A DNA stretch of 64,000 bases, taken from the NCBI GenBank assembly GCA_951406725.2, contig OX597815.1, positions 42,780,001 through 42,844,000 on the forward strand. Reading direction: 5' to 3'. Source of the DNA: Octopus vulgaris (taxonomy: Eukaryota). Of this stretch, positions 1 to 14,949 are shown in pieces; within the stretch, counting starts at the first letter, position 1, and the number at the start of each line of letters is the position of its first letter. The notes under the pieces were generated by a model that made no database searches, had not been told where the DNA came from, and worked only from the letters and a program-made list of their open reading frames with translations. Position numbers and translations under genes: made by a program.

Positions 1-591
1 ATAACGATAAGTACACAAATATAAATATAATTAATCAAAAGAAGGAAGCTAATCCATGACAGTTCTTCACAGATATCTAGATATCTAGAGGTTATATAAG
101 CAAAAACACAATTGAGAAGAAAGAAGAAAGCCCATGGCTATCCTTTACATCTACTTCAGAGATAACTACTGGTTATCTATTTGTGAAGGTCTGTGAATGT
201 GCGTATGAAGGTCACTCTGATATAAAGCCAGATATGCAGGTAGTGGCATTGCGCATTTGGGGTATCTTTTGCTTGCGCTTGAGATTATGGCGATACAATA
301 TCCCTGAACCTGCGATCGACATTGACCCGAAATATTTCTGGATCATGTCGATAGGGTGGACACGGCCTGGGAAGTGTTATGCAAAACTTACTGGATATAA
401 ACATTTTGTACAAATATTACTTTGTCAATGATGATCATAGTCGTGTACAAGTTGACAGGCATCATATGCATATATAATTATATATACATATATATGTACA
501 TACACGCGCACACGCCACGCACAGACACACACACACACGTGCGCGCGCGTATTATACAGAGATGCACATATGTACGCATATACATACATAC

Positions 592-653
<62 letters not shown>

Positions 654-1364
654 GTCAAATGTGGGCATGATCCGAAAAGTATGAGTGGGCAGTTTTTAAA
701 TGTGTGCGTAAGTGCGGGCATAAGAATGCACATATATATATAGACGTTTTTACTTATTATTAAAAAATTTTTTTTTTTGGGGGGGGGGGGGACATATGTA
801 TATTCAATTTTTGTATATGCGTGTGTATGTATGCGTATATAAATATGTGCGGGTATGTACATATATGGGCGTGTGTGTGTATGAGTGCATAGGGGCTTAT
901 CCGTATATGTACGTGGTTTTTATGGTTTGTATTCTTCCTTATTATATTTTTTCTGTTATCTTAAGCCATGGTTTTTCTTGTGTTTGTGCGTATATAGACG
1001 TATGTATGAACTTTTACGGTACGCATGTGTGTGAGTATGAGGTTGTATATATATATGCGTATATATTTGGCGAAAAATGCGAGTGAAGATGTGTACGTTT
1101 TCATAGTGACGTATAAGTACGCACGTGGGTTCGCGAGCAGAATTATAATACAGTAATTTCCCTTTATATAACGGTATTTTTCATACCGTTTTTCAGATAG
1201 CCAGATAACCGAAGAGATGGTGTTGTGGATTTCCACTTCGGCATCTGAAACTCAGAGTTTTATCTTGACTATTGAGTAATGTAACATATTATTTTATAGA
1301 TAAATTTCCTCTATTTACATAATATTGAGGTCTCTTTCTTTCTTTTGTTATCTTACCGTTTTTA

Positions 1365-1410
<46 letters not shown>

Positions 1411-1733
1411 AAGTGCACTAGTGTAGTACCAGCAATGCTAAAAATAAGAGTAAAACGACCCAAATCCACAGTAATACCTTATATGTATATATATGTATAT
1501 ATGTACTGTGTATATAAAATAGGAGAGAAAGATAATTGAATTCACGAGACTTCATTATTCCCTACAATCATTTCGACCCGTCGACCCATCGTACACCTGT
1601 GCCTCGCGGTTGAGATGCTGTACAAACAGTTGTGGTGCATCTACGGACACGAATGAACTCATGAAGTAAATGCAGCGGCATTTATGTCCATGCTGTTCAT
1701 GACATCATATAACCGAATACAGTGAACGGACTT

Positions 1734-2282
1734 TAATGTTCTAAAGATTTGGTCACTCATGACAATGTCAGTACTTAGTTTATCAATATCTGTTTAATGA
1801 TATGAAGTATATTTGCCATCAAAATATGGCTAACCACTAAGGGTGGATGTTACTATAGCGTGTAGCCCCAGGAGAACATCTTCTCCAGCTGGCTATTGAC
1901 ACACTTTCTGTGCCCTATCGGTATTTGCAAAGGGAGGTCATCCTTCCCTTGTCAACCTAAGTGATACGCACGGACTGCAGTTTCTGGGTATTGACCCGTC
2001 ATCAGCGCACGATAATCACCGGTTTTCGATGGAAACTGCAGTCCGTGCGTATCACTTAGGTTGACAAGGGAAGGATGACGTCCCTTTGCAAATAGCGATA
2101 GGGCACAGAAAGTGTGTCAATAGCCAGCTGGAGAAGATGTTCTCCTGGGGCTACAAGCTATAGTAACATCCACCCATTGCGGTTAGCCATATTTTGATGG
2201 CAAATATACTTCATATCATTAAACAGATATTGATAAACTAAGTACTGACATTGTTATGAGTGACCAAATATTTAGAACATTA
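1734..2282. repeat. Long inverted repeat (251-bp arms 1734-1984 and 2032-2282, 47-bp spacer) in an ORF-less element between (TA)n/(TACA)n tracts
   Basis: Arms are reverse complements (taatgttctaaag...ggactgcagtttc vs gaaactgcagtcc...tttagaacatta) with about 8 mismatches by eye. Confidence 0.95.
1967..2011 (-). ncRNA. Minimal type-I hammerhead ribozyme motif
   Basis: Minus strand: cgtgcg CTGATGA c gggt caat accc a GAAAC tgca GTC cgtgcg; intact core, 4-bp stem II, palindromic stem III (ACTGCAGT), 6-bp stem I with two G-U pairs. Confidence 0.8.
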
Positions 2283-2669
2283 GCATGGCCTGAAACTAAT
2301 CTTAAACGCACGCATGATGTGGGCAGCATGCTCGGTGACCAACAATCATTTCTCCGATGAACTGAACTACTGACTTATTATATTAACATTTTTGTCGTTG
2401 CGTCTTCTCCTTAAATACAGTTTTCAGGCCGAGTCAGCATAGCAACAATATATCAGTGTATCTCTTTCAATCTCTTGTATACGACGCAATTCTACATAGT
2501 TTCTATTTACTCAGGGTCAATGACAAGGATTCTGTCGAATCGACGCTAAGGTGGAAGACACTCGCTCAAGTCTCATATAAAGAGACCTCAGGATTGCAAG
2601 ATACAAAGAAACACATTGACATACGCACACGGATTCAAAATTGATATGGTTTATATAATGTGTATAAAT

Positions 2670-3680
<1,011 letters not shown>

Positions 3681-4228
3681 ATAGGTCTTGTGTCTACAAA
3701 TCTGAATTGGTATGTTTGGATAATTATTGTGCTCTGAAGCTTATAGAATGTTTTTACTTTTTGATTTATAAGTACTTGTTTCATGAACTTGCAATTCCTA
3801 TATATTTTGTCTAGACAATGATATTATATCTGAACGTTTTCTGTATACTCCGTATGTTCACAATATGTTAACTTCCAACAGAGACAAGTATACCTCGAAA
3901 GTTATATGATTTTCTTCGTGAGTATATATCCGTTCTTTTCTGCCAGGAGCAGAAGGCATACGTTGTTATAGTGGTTGTTCTTTCACCCCAGACCGACACT
4001 GACAGAACACTTCTATTATCAATGGAATTGTAGTCTTCTTATGGCTGTGTAATACTGCATTATTTAAAATATCCGTTCCTTATTTAAGATTGCATGATAT
4101 GTTTAAAGAAACAAAATGGGGCTGACATGTTTAGCAGCGCAAGGATTCGTTATCGTCTCGACAGCAATGTGTTTTAAGGCGAGATGAAATGTTACGCTGT
4201 GAAGTTGATGCATTTCCACAATCATAAA

Positions 4229-4439
4229 TCTTTTATCTTTTACCTTTTACTTGTTTTATTCATTTGACTGCGACCATGCTAAAGCACGCCAGGAGTTTTT
4301 TCCTTTAATTTTCTGCTAAGCTTAATACTTATTGTATCGGTTGTATTTTGACTAACCGCTAGATAACGGGAACGTAAACACACCAAAATCGGTTATCAAG
4401 CAGTAATGGTGGAACAAACATAGACACAAAGGCACACAC

Positions 4440-4483
<44 letters not shown>

Positions 4484-4635
4484 CGGGATTCTTTCAGTCT
4501 CCGTCTACCAAATCCACTCGCAAGGCTTTGGTTGGCCTAAGGCTATAGTAGAAGACACTTGCCCATGATATCACGTAGTGGGACTGAAGTCGAAACCATG
4601 TGGTTGAGACGCAAGCTTCTTACAACACAGCCACA
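4229..4635 (-). mobile_element. tRNA-derived SINE, family A (octopus OK/OR-like)
   Basis: Homologous to copies at 18099, 33641 and 47066; A/B-box-like head (gtggctgtgt...ggtttcgacttcagtcccact) and (AAAAGAGT)-like tail. Confidence 0.8.
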
Positions 4636-7439
4636 TTAGCTCAGTCATGTAATTAGCTTCACTGGAGGTTTACATCTTCCTCTACATCAATTGTTAGCCA
4701 TGAAAGTCCGTACTTAAGGTTGGTGTTTTTCATTTTGAAGACATCCTCGTAATTATAAGACAGTTTGTATGAAAAATTTAGTGGTATTTAAATGGAAATC
4801 AATACGGAATCGTAGAAATTTGGCTGCGTAAATGGGTTTTATCTTTAATATAGAACGTTTGTTACAAATTATTACATTCTATGTGAAACTATTGAGCCAT
4901 TAACACATATAACCATGCCATATAATACTGAATTTATTATTTCATATCTTGTAATGACACTGACATAACAAACAACCTCATACAAATATCTCTCAATGGA
5001 AATTCTGCTGAGACAAAGAATAGTGTAGACTGCACAAAAGTCAATGTCAGCTTATGAAGGCAGCCCATTTAAGAGAAGGTAAGTCCATTTTAAATCTCCA
5101 CCAATTTGTAACTATATCAATCTATAAGAAAGGATTTGAATGATGTGAACTCTGTAAAAGTACCTTGATTCAAAGTCCTTTAAGATAACTAGTCATGATC
5201 TTCAATTTCATCTGGTAGCTCTTGCAACTCCGCTTTCAGTCAGTCCTGTCATTTTTTTTAATTTATCGCCGACCTATAGAGAAGGGCGTGGTGTTTGGGT
5301 AATAATCTACAATCTATCCTTCATCTACCTAAGCCTCTCAACCATACACAAACTCTGGATACGGTGTCAATACAGCACGAGAAACAACACGTACCAGAAC
5401 TCATTGTCTTATTGGCATGGACCGTAGCACCCGCTTTTGTTACTGATAGTAAGAGTAATCTTTGTATTTCATTGCAAAACTTCTGCTTGCATCAATTATG
5501 GTAGCCTCCACATGACTTTCCTCGTCTGAGTTTTTGACTTCTTAGCATGTCATCAGAAGCAGCGCAGGGTTGATATTCATTCATTAAATATAGAAGCTAA
5601 AGGAAATGATTAAAAAGCTTTGGCACTTCATGTACTGGTGGTTTGATATACCTGGTGGACGAAATTTTGGTAGCAGTGTACACTAATGGATAATAGCAAA
5701 TCCTGTGGAATATTCACGATTTCTGCCAGTGAACATTGAGAAGATTGTCTGCTTTTATTATTGTGATGGTGGAGATGGCAGCGGACGGTAGGTAAGAGAG
5801 AGAGTGGAGTAGAAAGGGAGAGTGAGAGAGGAATGAGAAAGAGAGAAATAGAGAGAGAGGTGGCGAGTGATGGAAGAGAAAATTGTGATGTAAGTTAATT
5901 CAGGTGGTAACACTGAAAGATAGGAAAAAAGTAAATGTCAATGAATCGATTCAGACATATAATCATGTGCACGAGCATACACGCTCTCACGCAACTATAT
6001 ACGTATACATATGTGTATGTGTGTGTGTATGTGTGTGTGTGTGTCTATACATAGATACACATATAGATAGAAACAATACATTAAGAGCTGTAATAATTTG
6101 TTGTGACGGTGATGTTGGCGAGGTTTTAGTTTATGTAGGCGCTAAAACTGGTGCAGGTTGTTCTTGTAAGTTGTAAGGAGTTGACGGCGAATAAGTTATT
6201 TATTTATTTTTTCTGATCTGAAATTTAAAACAATGCTGTATGACTTACTACACGCATCTTATCACAAATAATTGCTCTCGAATAATGTCGCTGCCACTCC
6301 CACTCCCACCACAACCACCACCACCACCACCACCACCATTATCAAGACTTCGAACAAAGAAGCAACAGCAGTGACAAAGAAAAGAAAGAAAACAAGTGTC
6401 ACCACTATCTCCATGACCACCATTTACAAGTTTTATCGCTTATTGTCTCTTTGTTTTGCTTTATCTTTTGTAAGACTGACTTACTCTCTTTTGAGCTAAT
6501 TCCATTAGCGTGACGCAAAAGGTAGTTAGGAACCTACCATTGTATTAATATATATATATGTGTGTGTGTATGCGTGTTTTGGACTAGTGGAATGATGGTG
6601 CTGTTGCACAATAAATCAATGAACAGACGACTAAATATGAGAGACTGTTGAAAGCAAGTGAACCAGATTTTTGATAAATATCGTAAAGCTAGATCACTGT
6701 GAATCAAAGAGATGAAGAGATGCATTTTTTCTAATTGGTGATGATGTGCTGAGAACAACTGCTGTTTACTTAAGTGTAAATAATGAGACGCGTTTGTTAA
6801 ACAGAAAGCATGCTCTGACTAGCAATTGGTCAGGAATGCTGACAACGTCTTATTTTCTACTCTTGTTCCTTCTAATATATTTTTCTTGTCGATTCTAAAT
6901 TCTTAAAACTTCAATGAATACACTTTTCTTTTTTTCTTGAGCAGTTTGTTGTTGACTGTGGAATTTCTCCATGCCATGCATTTGATTAGCAACTCCAATT
7001 TTGATTTACATCTTTTCTCGAAATCAAATATTTCCCAATTTACCTCCAATCAATTATAGCTGTTGTGGATTATTCTGTTGATTGTTTTTTTTTTATGGTA
7101 AATTATTGTTTTCCTTTTATTTGTGTTAACCACAATAATGCAATAGGTATTATGCCACTCGGTTCAGAAGGTCAAATCATTCTGCAAATGATGCAGCAGC
7201 AGCAGCAGTAGCAGCAGTAGCAGCATAGCCTTAACTTCCTTATGTAGGTTTTCTTCTCTCTGGTGGTACGTTTGACTGACACAATTGAAAATTGGGCTTT
7301 TACGACCGAGTAATCTCGGATCAATCTCTACTAGTGACAATTCTATGAAAAATGAGTTGATGGAGAATCTTGTTTCCGTAAACATTTTAAATGAGTGTGG
7401 CAAATAAGATCTGGTTGAATGAGTCTGCTATTAGTATAC

Positions 7440-8950
7440 CGGTAGGCCGCCAAGTCAAGAGAAGAGCCTCCTAGACGGACAAGCGCATGATTCTAAGCAG
7501 TTCCCTCAAGAGGCCATTTACTTTCACTACTGTGCAAATGTCGCAGTACATTACAGCGAGCCAGCTTCTGAAGACGAACTCAAGGCCAGCGCGATCAATG
7601 GCGCTGCCAAATATTGATAGTCGACCCAATGAAACGCTTTTTAATGATCTAAATTGGTCAGAGCTCCACCCATATCAGGTTCTTTACCTGTCCTCTGGGT
7701 ATCGAGTGAATTAAATGTTTGTCGTGAATCTTTTTGGTATGGCACATGCTTGTGCTTCAGCTGCCAATTTATCAATAGTAAGCACCGACTTTGCTAATAT
7801 CTAGGCCAAAATATCCGACTCTGCATTCCTCTTATTTGGATCCTTTCTCTACAGCACTACTATGCCTATTTTCGCAGGACAAGGATTTTTCCTGTTCTGC
7901 TGCCAGTTGCAGTAGACATCTGCCAAGAAGTACTCAAACAATTCTGACATATGACGATAAATTTTGTAGAGCAGACTATCCAGCTCCGGTAACTTCTCCA
8001 TCGTGCAGCTTATCTCTTCTAGTATTTCATCAGCTGTTATCTGCTTTTTTGGAAAACTCCGCATCCCCAACCTAGAATTTCTTGCTGTGTTGCTCTTCTG
8101 CCACTAGCACCCTTCAAACGGCTTTCGTTCCCTCATATATTAAAGCACGCAACCTATCTGAAAAGGCAATTTTCGTGCATAGAGCTGAGGAACCAGTCAA
8201 GGGCCAATCTCGCCGCTAGTAATGCCTTTTCTAAGCGACTCTTCTTGGTTACTAACTCACATTCTACTCTAGCATTGTTTATCATTATTTCCTTACCAAA
8301 CCTTATCGATTTTAATCTAGTAACCATTTTCAGCACCATCGGTAGTTGATGATTTCTCCTGTTAATTCCATCTTCGCTAGTTCTCTGATGCGATCTCTGT
8401 AAATTTGGCATGCCGGGAAAGATGTATTTAGTTTCCAAAAACTGGTCCCCGTCTATGCAGCCTGTCAAGGTCGACCGTACAAATCACAAATTTGTGATCT
8501 GTGTAACCAATAACTCTGAATTGTGGACAGCGTATGTTATCTCCGTGGACAGCGTATGTTATCTCCGTCTACTGGCCTACAGAATAATCTATCTGAGATA
8601 TGTCCTGCATGATCCGCTGATGCTTGCCCATATCCTCATTGGCGTGTTCGGAGAACCCAGTCGGTACCTGTCAGTCAGTTAGAAACAACTGAGCAGGATT
8701 GCGAGGTTTTTACATTCACAAACTAGCCCTAGACAATCCAGGCATGCATAAAAATCCAGTTCTAATCTCTCACTAACACTAAAGAGTGGGGCGTCTCAAA
8801 GAAAACCGCTAAACACCTGAAGATATCCGGCTGCCCCACCCCAGCCGATACATACGCACTATTGTTCACATTCAGATTCAGAAAATCGACCGTATCTCGA
8901 GGCCCAGGCCTTTCCTGAACACCACCATTCCTGCCCATCATTCCGGATTG
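7440..8950 (-). pseudogene. Decayed L1/Tx1-clade LINE ORF2 (AP endonuclease + RT fragments)
   Basis: Minus-strand fragments GYTDHKFVICT (APE SDH motif), FWKLNTS, ITADEILEEI...PELDSLLYKIY...LADVYCNW (KSPGxDG region), AEAQACAIPKR, LTNLDH*KAFHWVD (LDxxKAFD); many stops and frameshifts. Confidence 0.75.
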
Positions 8951-9284
8951 AATAATAAATATGATTTACCAAGATCGTCAAAAATGGGTGCTAAGGCACG
9001 TGTATAGGAAATCCTGATGGCTATCTCATTCAAACCTAGCGACCTGAGATCATTGAGCAAGTGACCCTGTTTTCAGGGTGACCTTAAGCTATGTTCATTC
9101 TTAAGGTGGTCATGTTAGTCAAAGAGTAAGAAGAAAATGAAAACGGTTACTTATTCATTTGGTGGACTTGGTAACTTGTTCTCTGTGGGGTTTGGGAGAT
9201 GAAGTGAAATGATGTATTTTGCTCAAAATATGATTTACCAAGATCGTTAAAAATGGGTGCTAAGGCACGTGTATAGGAAATCCT

Positions 9285-9822
9285 ACGCACCACAATCTCG
9301 CAATCGCAAAAAGATGGTATAGGCACACACCAGAAAAGGTCACAGAAAACGAGAAAGCAACCATACTCTGGGATATACCGATACACACAGATAGAGAAAT
9401 TAAGGCCAACAGACCAGATATAGTTGTCAGAGATCATGAAGAAGAAAAATGCTTTCTAATTGATGTATCAATACCGGCAGATAACAACGTTTCTCTAGAA
9501 TAAATGGAGAAACTTTCAAAATACAAAGACCTGGAAATAGAGGTAACCAGAATGTGGAATCTAAAAACAGAAACAATTTCTATCATAGTAGGTGCATTAG
9601 GCATGATAAAAAAATATTCAGACAAATACATAACAAAAACACCAGGACTTACAAACACATATAACATACAGAAAATTGCACTACTAGGCACTGCACACAT
9701 CCTACGCAGAACACTTTCCATACAATAACCATCAGAGCATCATAACAAATCACAGCACATACCTAAGGCACACAGAGCTGCGCTCGGTAGTGAAGTGAAA
9801 GCACGCTATAAAAATAAAACTA

Positions 9823-9826
<4 letters not shown>
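9285..9826 (+). mobile_element. 5'-truncated Dong/R4-like RLE retrotransposon (RLE endonuclease + 3' UTR), ends in (TAA)n
   Basis: RPDIVVRD...FLIDVSIP...KLSKYKDLEIEV...ALLGTAHILR; homologous to 13937-14323 but a different subfamily; followed by (TAA)n at 9827-9876. Confidence 0.9.
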
Positions 9827-9876
<50 letters not shown>

Positions 9877-10415
9877 CAGGCAGTGGCTCTCATGGCTTCT
9901 GATCTTAACTGATTGGAAGTGTTATCATGTACATTGTTTTGTCTTGGTATAAAAGATGGGCTACAGCAAATATTCTGCTCAATACCACAGATTTGCTTGT
10001 CAGTTGTTTGACCTTAACCAGTTGAGCATGTCCCTTAGTGGCTGACGATATGTGCATCTCTGATCATGAGCAGAAGTAGTGGGGGAGCATCATAGCCATG
10101 TGTTGAGACGGATTCTTTGGGGTTTGAATAGTTCACCTCTGGAAACATGGGTGGTTCTTTCAACATCCTTAAACAACCCTTATTCAGGGACCTTTTGAGC
10201 GGGATGGGCTACTCAACCTGAAGAAAATTCTAACTGGGCCCCACCTGCAAGGTCATGTGCTGTTTATCTTGATATGAGATCACCATGTCGCGCACATATG
10301 GTTGTGATGCATGTGCCTGGTGTACCTTTATCAGACGGGTAGTCATGATGGGTATACTGGGCTTCGTATATTTTACCCCAGTGTCACTTTGATGGCATGC
10401 ACTGCTCTCTCACTC
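9877..10415 (+). mobile_element. Non-coding ~540-bp insert bounded by (TAA)n on both sides; probable 3' part of another TAA-targeting element
   Basis: Higher-complexity sequence precisely bracketed by (TAA)n tracts; no convincing ORF; orientation inferred. Confidence 0.5.
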
Positions 10416-10465
<50 letters not shown>

Positions 10466-10473
10466 TAATAATA

Positions 10474-13400
10474 AGTTTAAAGAAATAAATGAATAAATAA
10501 ATAAAAAGAAGGGAAAACTATGCCCGGAGATAAAACTATCAACAAAAAAATACAGACGAATACAGATCTGCTAGCCTTAGGAAACTGCGCTACGAACAAT
10601 GTTTACGTGCAGAAAATCCTAAACTGACAGATCCGTCTCTTAATGTAAGAGTCGAAGCTCGTCATGCTTCAATGTCAACAAAACAACCTACAATCCGCGA
10701 TGGTCGACGAGCGGACTACAAAAGACCACGTACCCGAAAATTGAACCAAAGTCTGATTGAAAAATCAGCTACTGGATCAAATCTTCCCGACACACAGGAG
10801 CTGGACGTACCCCGCAACTGGAATATTTCAACAGATGGCCATCCATGCTCGTCACCAAACACTCAAAAGAAAAAGAAGGAAAAATGGACTAGGGAAGATA
10901 ATAAAGAAGTTCTTGCAGCCTTCTATCATGCCATATATTTCCCCACAGATAAATCGAACACTACATAAACTGGAGACAGAAACACCCAGAAGTAAGACCC
11001 TACATAGCAGTAACAAACTTGCCAACGTCAGAAGAAACATTATAAAAAAAAATTACTGACTGAAGTAGAGATTGATCAAATTAAACAAGCAGTAACGGAT
11101 AGAATGAACGAAGCTGCAGCTAAAGAAGATAATACAGAGGAAATAATTATAGACCAGCTCAGAGCTAATACAAACGAAGTAAGGATTGAAAGAGTTAGTA
11201 TAAGTGATAGGCAAAGTGAAATACTCCCTGAAACAAATATAAACACTAAGACAGATGAACATCAAATAGATGAAGAAAGTCACACAAATATTGACCCGAC
11301 AGAACTACATGAGCTAAAAAGTCAAATCATGATTGAATGGCTGAAAATTAAAGAAACCAGTATGGATGAACGTGATACACTCCCTAAAATACGCAAATCT
11401 AACCAAAACATGAAAATAATTGGTAAAATCCGGCTTGCACTTAAGGATATAATTTCAGCTAATGATGTTGATATCACAGATCTCAACCACCTATACTATG
11501 CATCCGCGAAAATCTCAACGATCCTATGTGGTGAAAAGATTAGAAAACGGCAACATTTCCACAAAAAGCCTTCTTGGCAAGAGCGTTTGCAACAACAAAT
11601 TAAACTATTTAGATCTGACATTGAATATTTGAAAAACCTTAAGATTCATAAGACTACCAAACCTGCAAAAACCCAAAAACTAATGAAAAAATATAATATG
11701 AAAACTATACTTGATATTGATGCCACCATAGAAACCATCAAGCAAAAGGTATCTGCTAAAGCTGCCCGCATAGCTTGGTATGAAAAGCGTATTAGATTCT
11801 TCAGGGACAACAACATGTTCAAAAATAACCCCAAATATTTTTACAGGAAGATAGGAAAAACAACAGTTACTGTAAAGTCTGTACCATCAAAAGAAGAAGT
11901 GCAGGGATTTTGGAATAAAATTTGGGCAGAAGAAAAAACACACAGCGAAAAGGCCCCCTGGATTGATAGAATATCTAAAGAACTGGACTCCTTAGAAGAG
12001 CAAAAGTGGGAGGGTGTCAAGGTAGAAGATATAAGATCTGCTCTCAGGAGGTCAAGCAAATGGAAGTCTCCAGGAAAGGATAAAATCCCTAACTTTTGGT
12101 TGAATGCCTTCCCAGAGAGTCATGAACTGCTAGCAGAACTTTACAATGATGTTTTGCAACACCCTAGTAGGATGCCTCCTTGGCTAGTTAATGGGTTAAC
12201 ATTCCTGCTTCCAAAAAGTGAAGAAACAAATGAACCCAAAAACTATAGACCCATAACCTACTTAACAACTATGTATAAAACACTAACATCTGTCCTGACG
12301 GAATATACCTATAGTTTTTTGACAGACATCAGCATATTCCCTAATGAACAGAAATGATGTAAACGTGGATCCTACGGTTGTAAAGATCAACTACTCATCA
12401 ATAAGATGATCTTAGAAGATTGTCACAAACGACACAAAAACTTATCAATAGCCTGGATAGACTATAAAAAGGCTTTTGATAGCCTACCACATAGCTGGAT
12501 TAATAAATGCCTAGAAATGTATAAGATAGCACCTGCTCTGCGAAACTTTTTGTCTGTAAGTATGAGATCATTGAGAACCACACTAACTTTGAACAGTGAC
12601 AATGAATCTCTAAATGCTGGTGATGTAAAAATTTCATGTGGCATTTTCCAGGGTGACTCACTATCACCGCTCCTCTTCTGTTTAGCCTTAATACCTCTCT
12701 CAAAACTGCTCAATGACGCGCAGTGCGGATATAAAATGTTTGATAAAAATATAAATCATCTCATTTACATGGATGATTTAAAGCTCTTTCCAAAAAATGA
12801 CCAACAACTCAAGGGCTTACTAGCGATTGTCAAACAATTCAGTGATGACATCAGAATGCAATTTGGCCTCGATAAATGCGCAAAAGCTACCTTTATCAAA
12901 GGAAAAATGACAGAAACATCTAACGTTAACCTTGACCCGCAGAATGTCATAAAAGAATTAGACCCAGCAGAGAACTACAAGTATCTAGGGGTAATTGAAG
13001 GAGAAGGAATAAGGCATTCAGAGATGAAGGAAAGAATCAGGAGAGAATACTATCGCAGAGTAAGAGCAATACTCAAGACAGAGCTGAATGCGAGAAACAG
13101 GATCGAAGCGATCAATGCATTAGCCATACCAGTCGTGACTTACAGTTTCAGTATCGTTAACTGGTCAATTACTGAAATATGTAATCTTGACAGAAAAATA
13201 CGAAAACTGTTGACAATGCATAGAATGTACCACCCTAAGGCAGATACAGAACGACTTTATCTGCCAAGAAAAGAGGGAGGCCGTGGACTTTTACAACTGG
13301 CAATAACAATGAAGATTGCTACAATTGGCCTAGACACCTACCTGAAAAACTCTGAGGACTGGATGTTAAAACTTGTCTCAAAACATGAAAACAAGAAAGC

Positions 13401-14540
13401 ATCATACTCAGTAACAAAACAGGCAAAGGAATATCTAAGTGAATTCCGAATACAACAAATTTCGGAATTAGAGATAGACATACAAGAAATAGGCACAGAA
13501 AAAGCTAAGCGCATGAAAACCCGTGCTAAATCTGCGGCCTTAGATATTCTGAATGATAAATGGCAAGAAAAACCTCTCTATGGCAAATACCCAAAGAGAG
13601 CAAATAATGCAGATGTTGTAAAGCCCTGACCCATTAATGGCTAATGGCCTCTGGCTTAAAATCTGAAACAGAGGGGTTTATCATAGCAGCTCAAGATCAA
13701 TGACTACCAACAAGAAACTACCAGGCCAACATATTAAAGATCAGAAGCAGTCCAACGTGTCGTGTATGCAAGCAACAAAATGAAACCATTGACCATGTGG
13801 TCTCCAAGTGCAGTCTTCTAGCGCCTACAGAGTATCTCAACAGGCACGATAGAGCTGCACAATATATTCACTGGGTAATCTGTAAAAACCTGGATTTGCC
13901 CATGAAAAAAACTGGTGGGAACACAAACCACCCCCAGTGCTTGAAAATGACCACATCTCACTCCTCTGGAACTTCACCATTCAAACTGACAGAAAGATAG
14001 ATGCAAATAGGCCAGACATCATATTGAAAGACTTCAAACAAAGAACATGCCTCCTCATTGATATGACTGTCCCAATCGATATAAACGTATCTGTCAAGAC
14101 CTACCAAAAACTGAGCAAATATAAAGATCTTGAAATAGAAATCAGCAAAATGTGGAAGCTGAAGACTAAAACAAAACCTGTTGTCATAGGTGCCCTGGGA
14201 ATGATAGCAAAAGGGGCTGATAGCTACCTAACTCAGATACCAGGAAACCCAAAAATGGCAGAAATTCAAAAGATAGTGCTCATGGGAACTGCTCATATCC
14301 TACGCAAAATACTTTCTATGTAATCTCAAGGTTTAAAACAAACATAATTTTCGGTTTAAAAAAAACAAACAAAAAAAACAACTTTTTTTTTAGACATTCA
14401 TTAGTACAACACCCCCACCCCCCAAATATATGGCACACTAGGCATAACAACAACATGAACTTCCAACCCTGTTGTCTCTTGAGGTCTCTGGGTGAGACTT
14501 GGAGCCAACTTGTACAAATATAAAGCAAAAGTCAAACATA

Positions 14541-14541
<1 letters not shown>
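10474..14541 (+). mobile_element. Near full-length Dong/R4-clade RLE non-LTR retrotransposon inserted in (TAA)n
   Basis: N-terminal WTREDNKEVLAAFY motif, RT (WIDYKKAFDS, GIFQGDSLSP, HLIYMDDLKL), CCHC knuckle (CRVCKQQNETIDHVVSKC), RLE (RPDIILKD...IDMTVP...KYKDL); (TAA)n on both sides. Confidence 0.95.
10519..14323 (+). pseudogene. Disrupted single ORF (RT + CCHC + RLE) of the Dong-like element
   Basis: ORF pieces 10672-10968, 11104-12357, 12406-13629, 13797-14000 and 13937-14323; in-frame TGA at 12355-12357 where EQKGC is expected; further frameshifts and stops near 10970, 13620-13700 and 13900. Confidence 0.9.
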
Positions 14542-14592
<51 letters not shown>

Positions 14593-14949
14593 CCTTATTA
14601 TTATTATTATTATTATTTTATCAACTCCGTAAAGAAGAAAGGCAAAGTCGACCCTAGCGAAGTTTGAACTCAGAACAATCAACATACAAGATACGCTCTG
14701 TTGCGAATGCTAATAGGAAGGACCTAAGTCTAAGCGCCTATATAATAAGTACCATTTGCTACATCTAGTAGCAACCAATTTTCCATCGGCACACTTCTCA
14801 TGAAACTTACCTCTCTACCTTTCACATATCACAATTAGTAGCTACAGAAGCTTTCTTAAGTGTCTATTGATTTTCATGTCATTTTCCTTATGTAAACATA
14901 TATCAGTATATCATATCTACATTTAAGAATCATTTTCTAAAATTTAATA

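Noticed and set aside
315-352. Imperfect 38-nt palindrome atcgacattgacccgaaatatttctggatcatgtcgat
   Set aside because: Single short hairpin at the window edge with no ribozyme core or second copy
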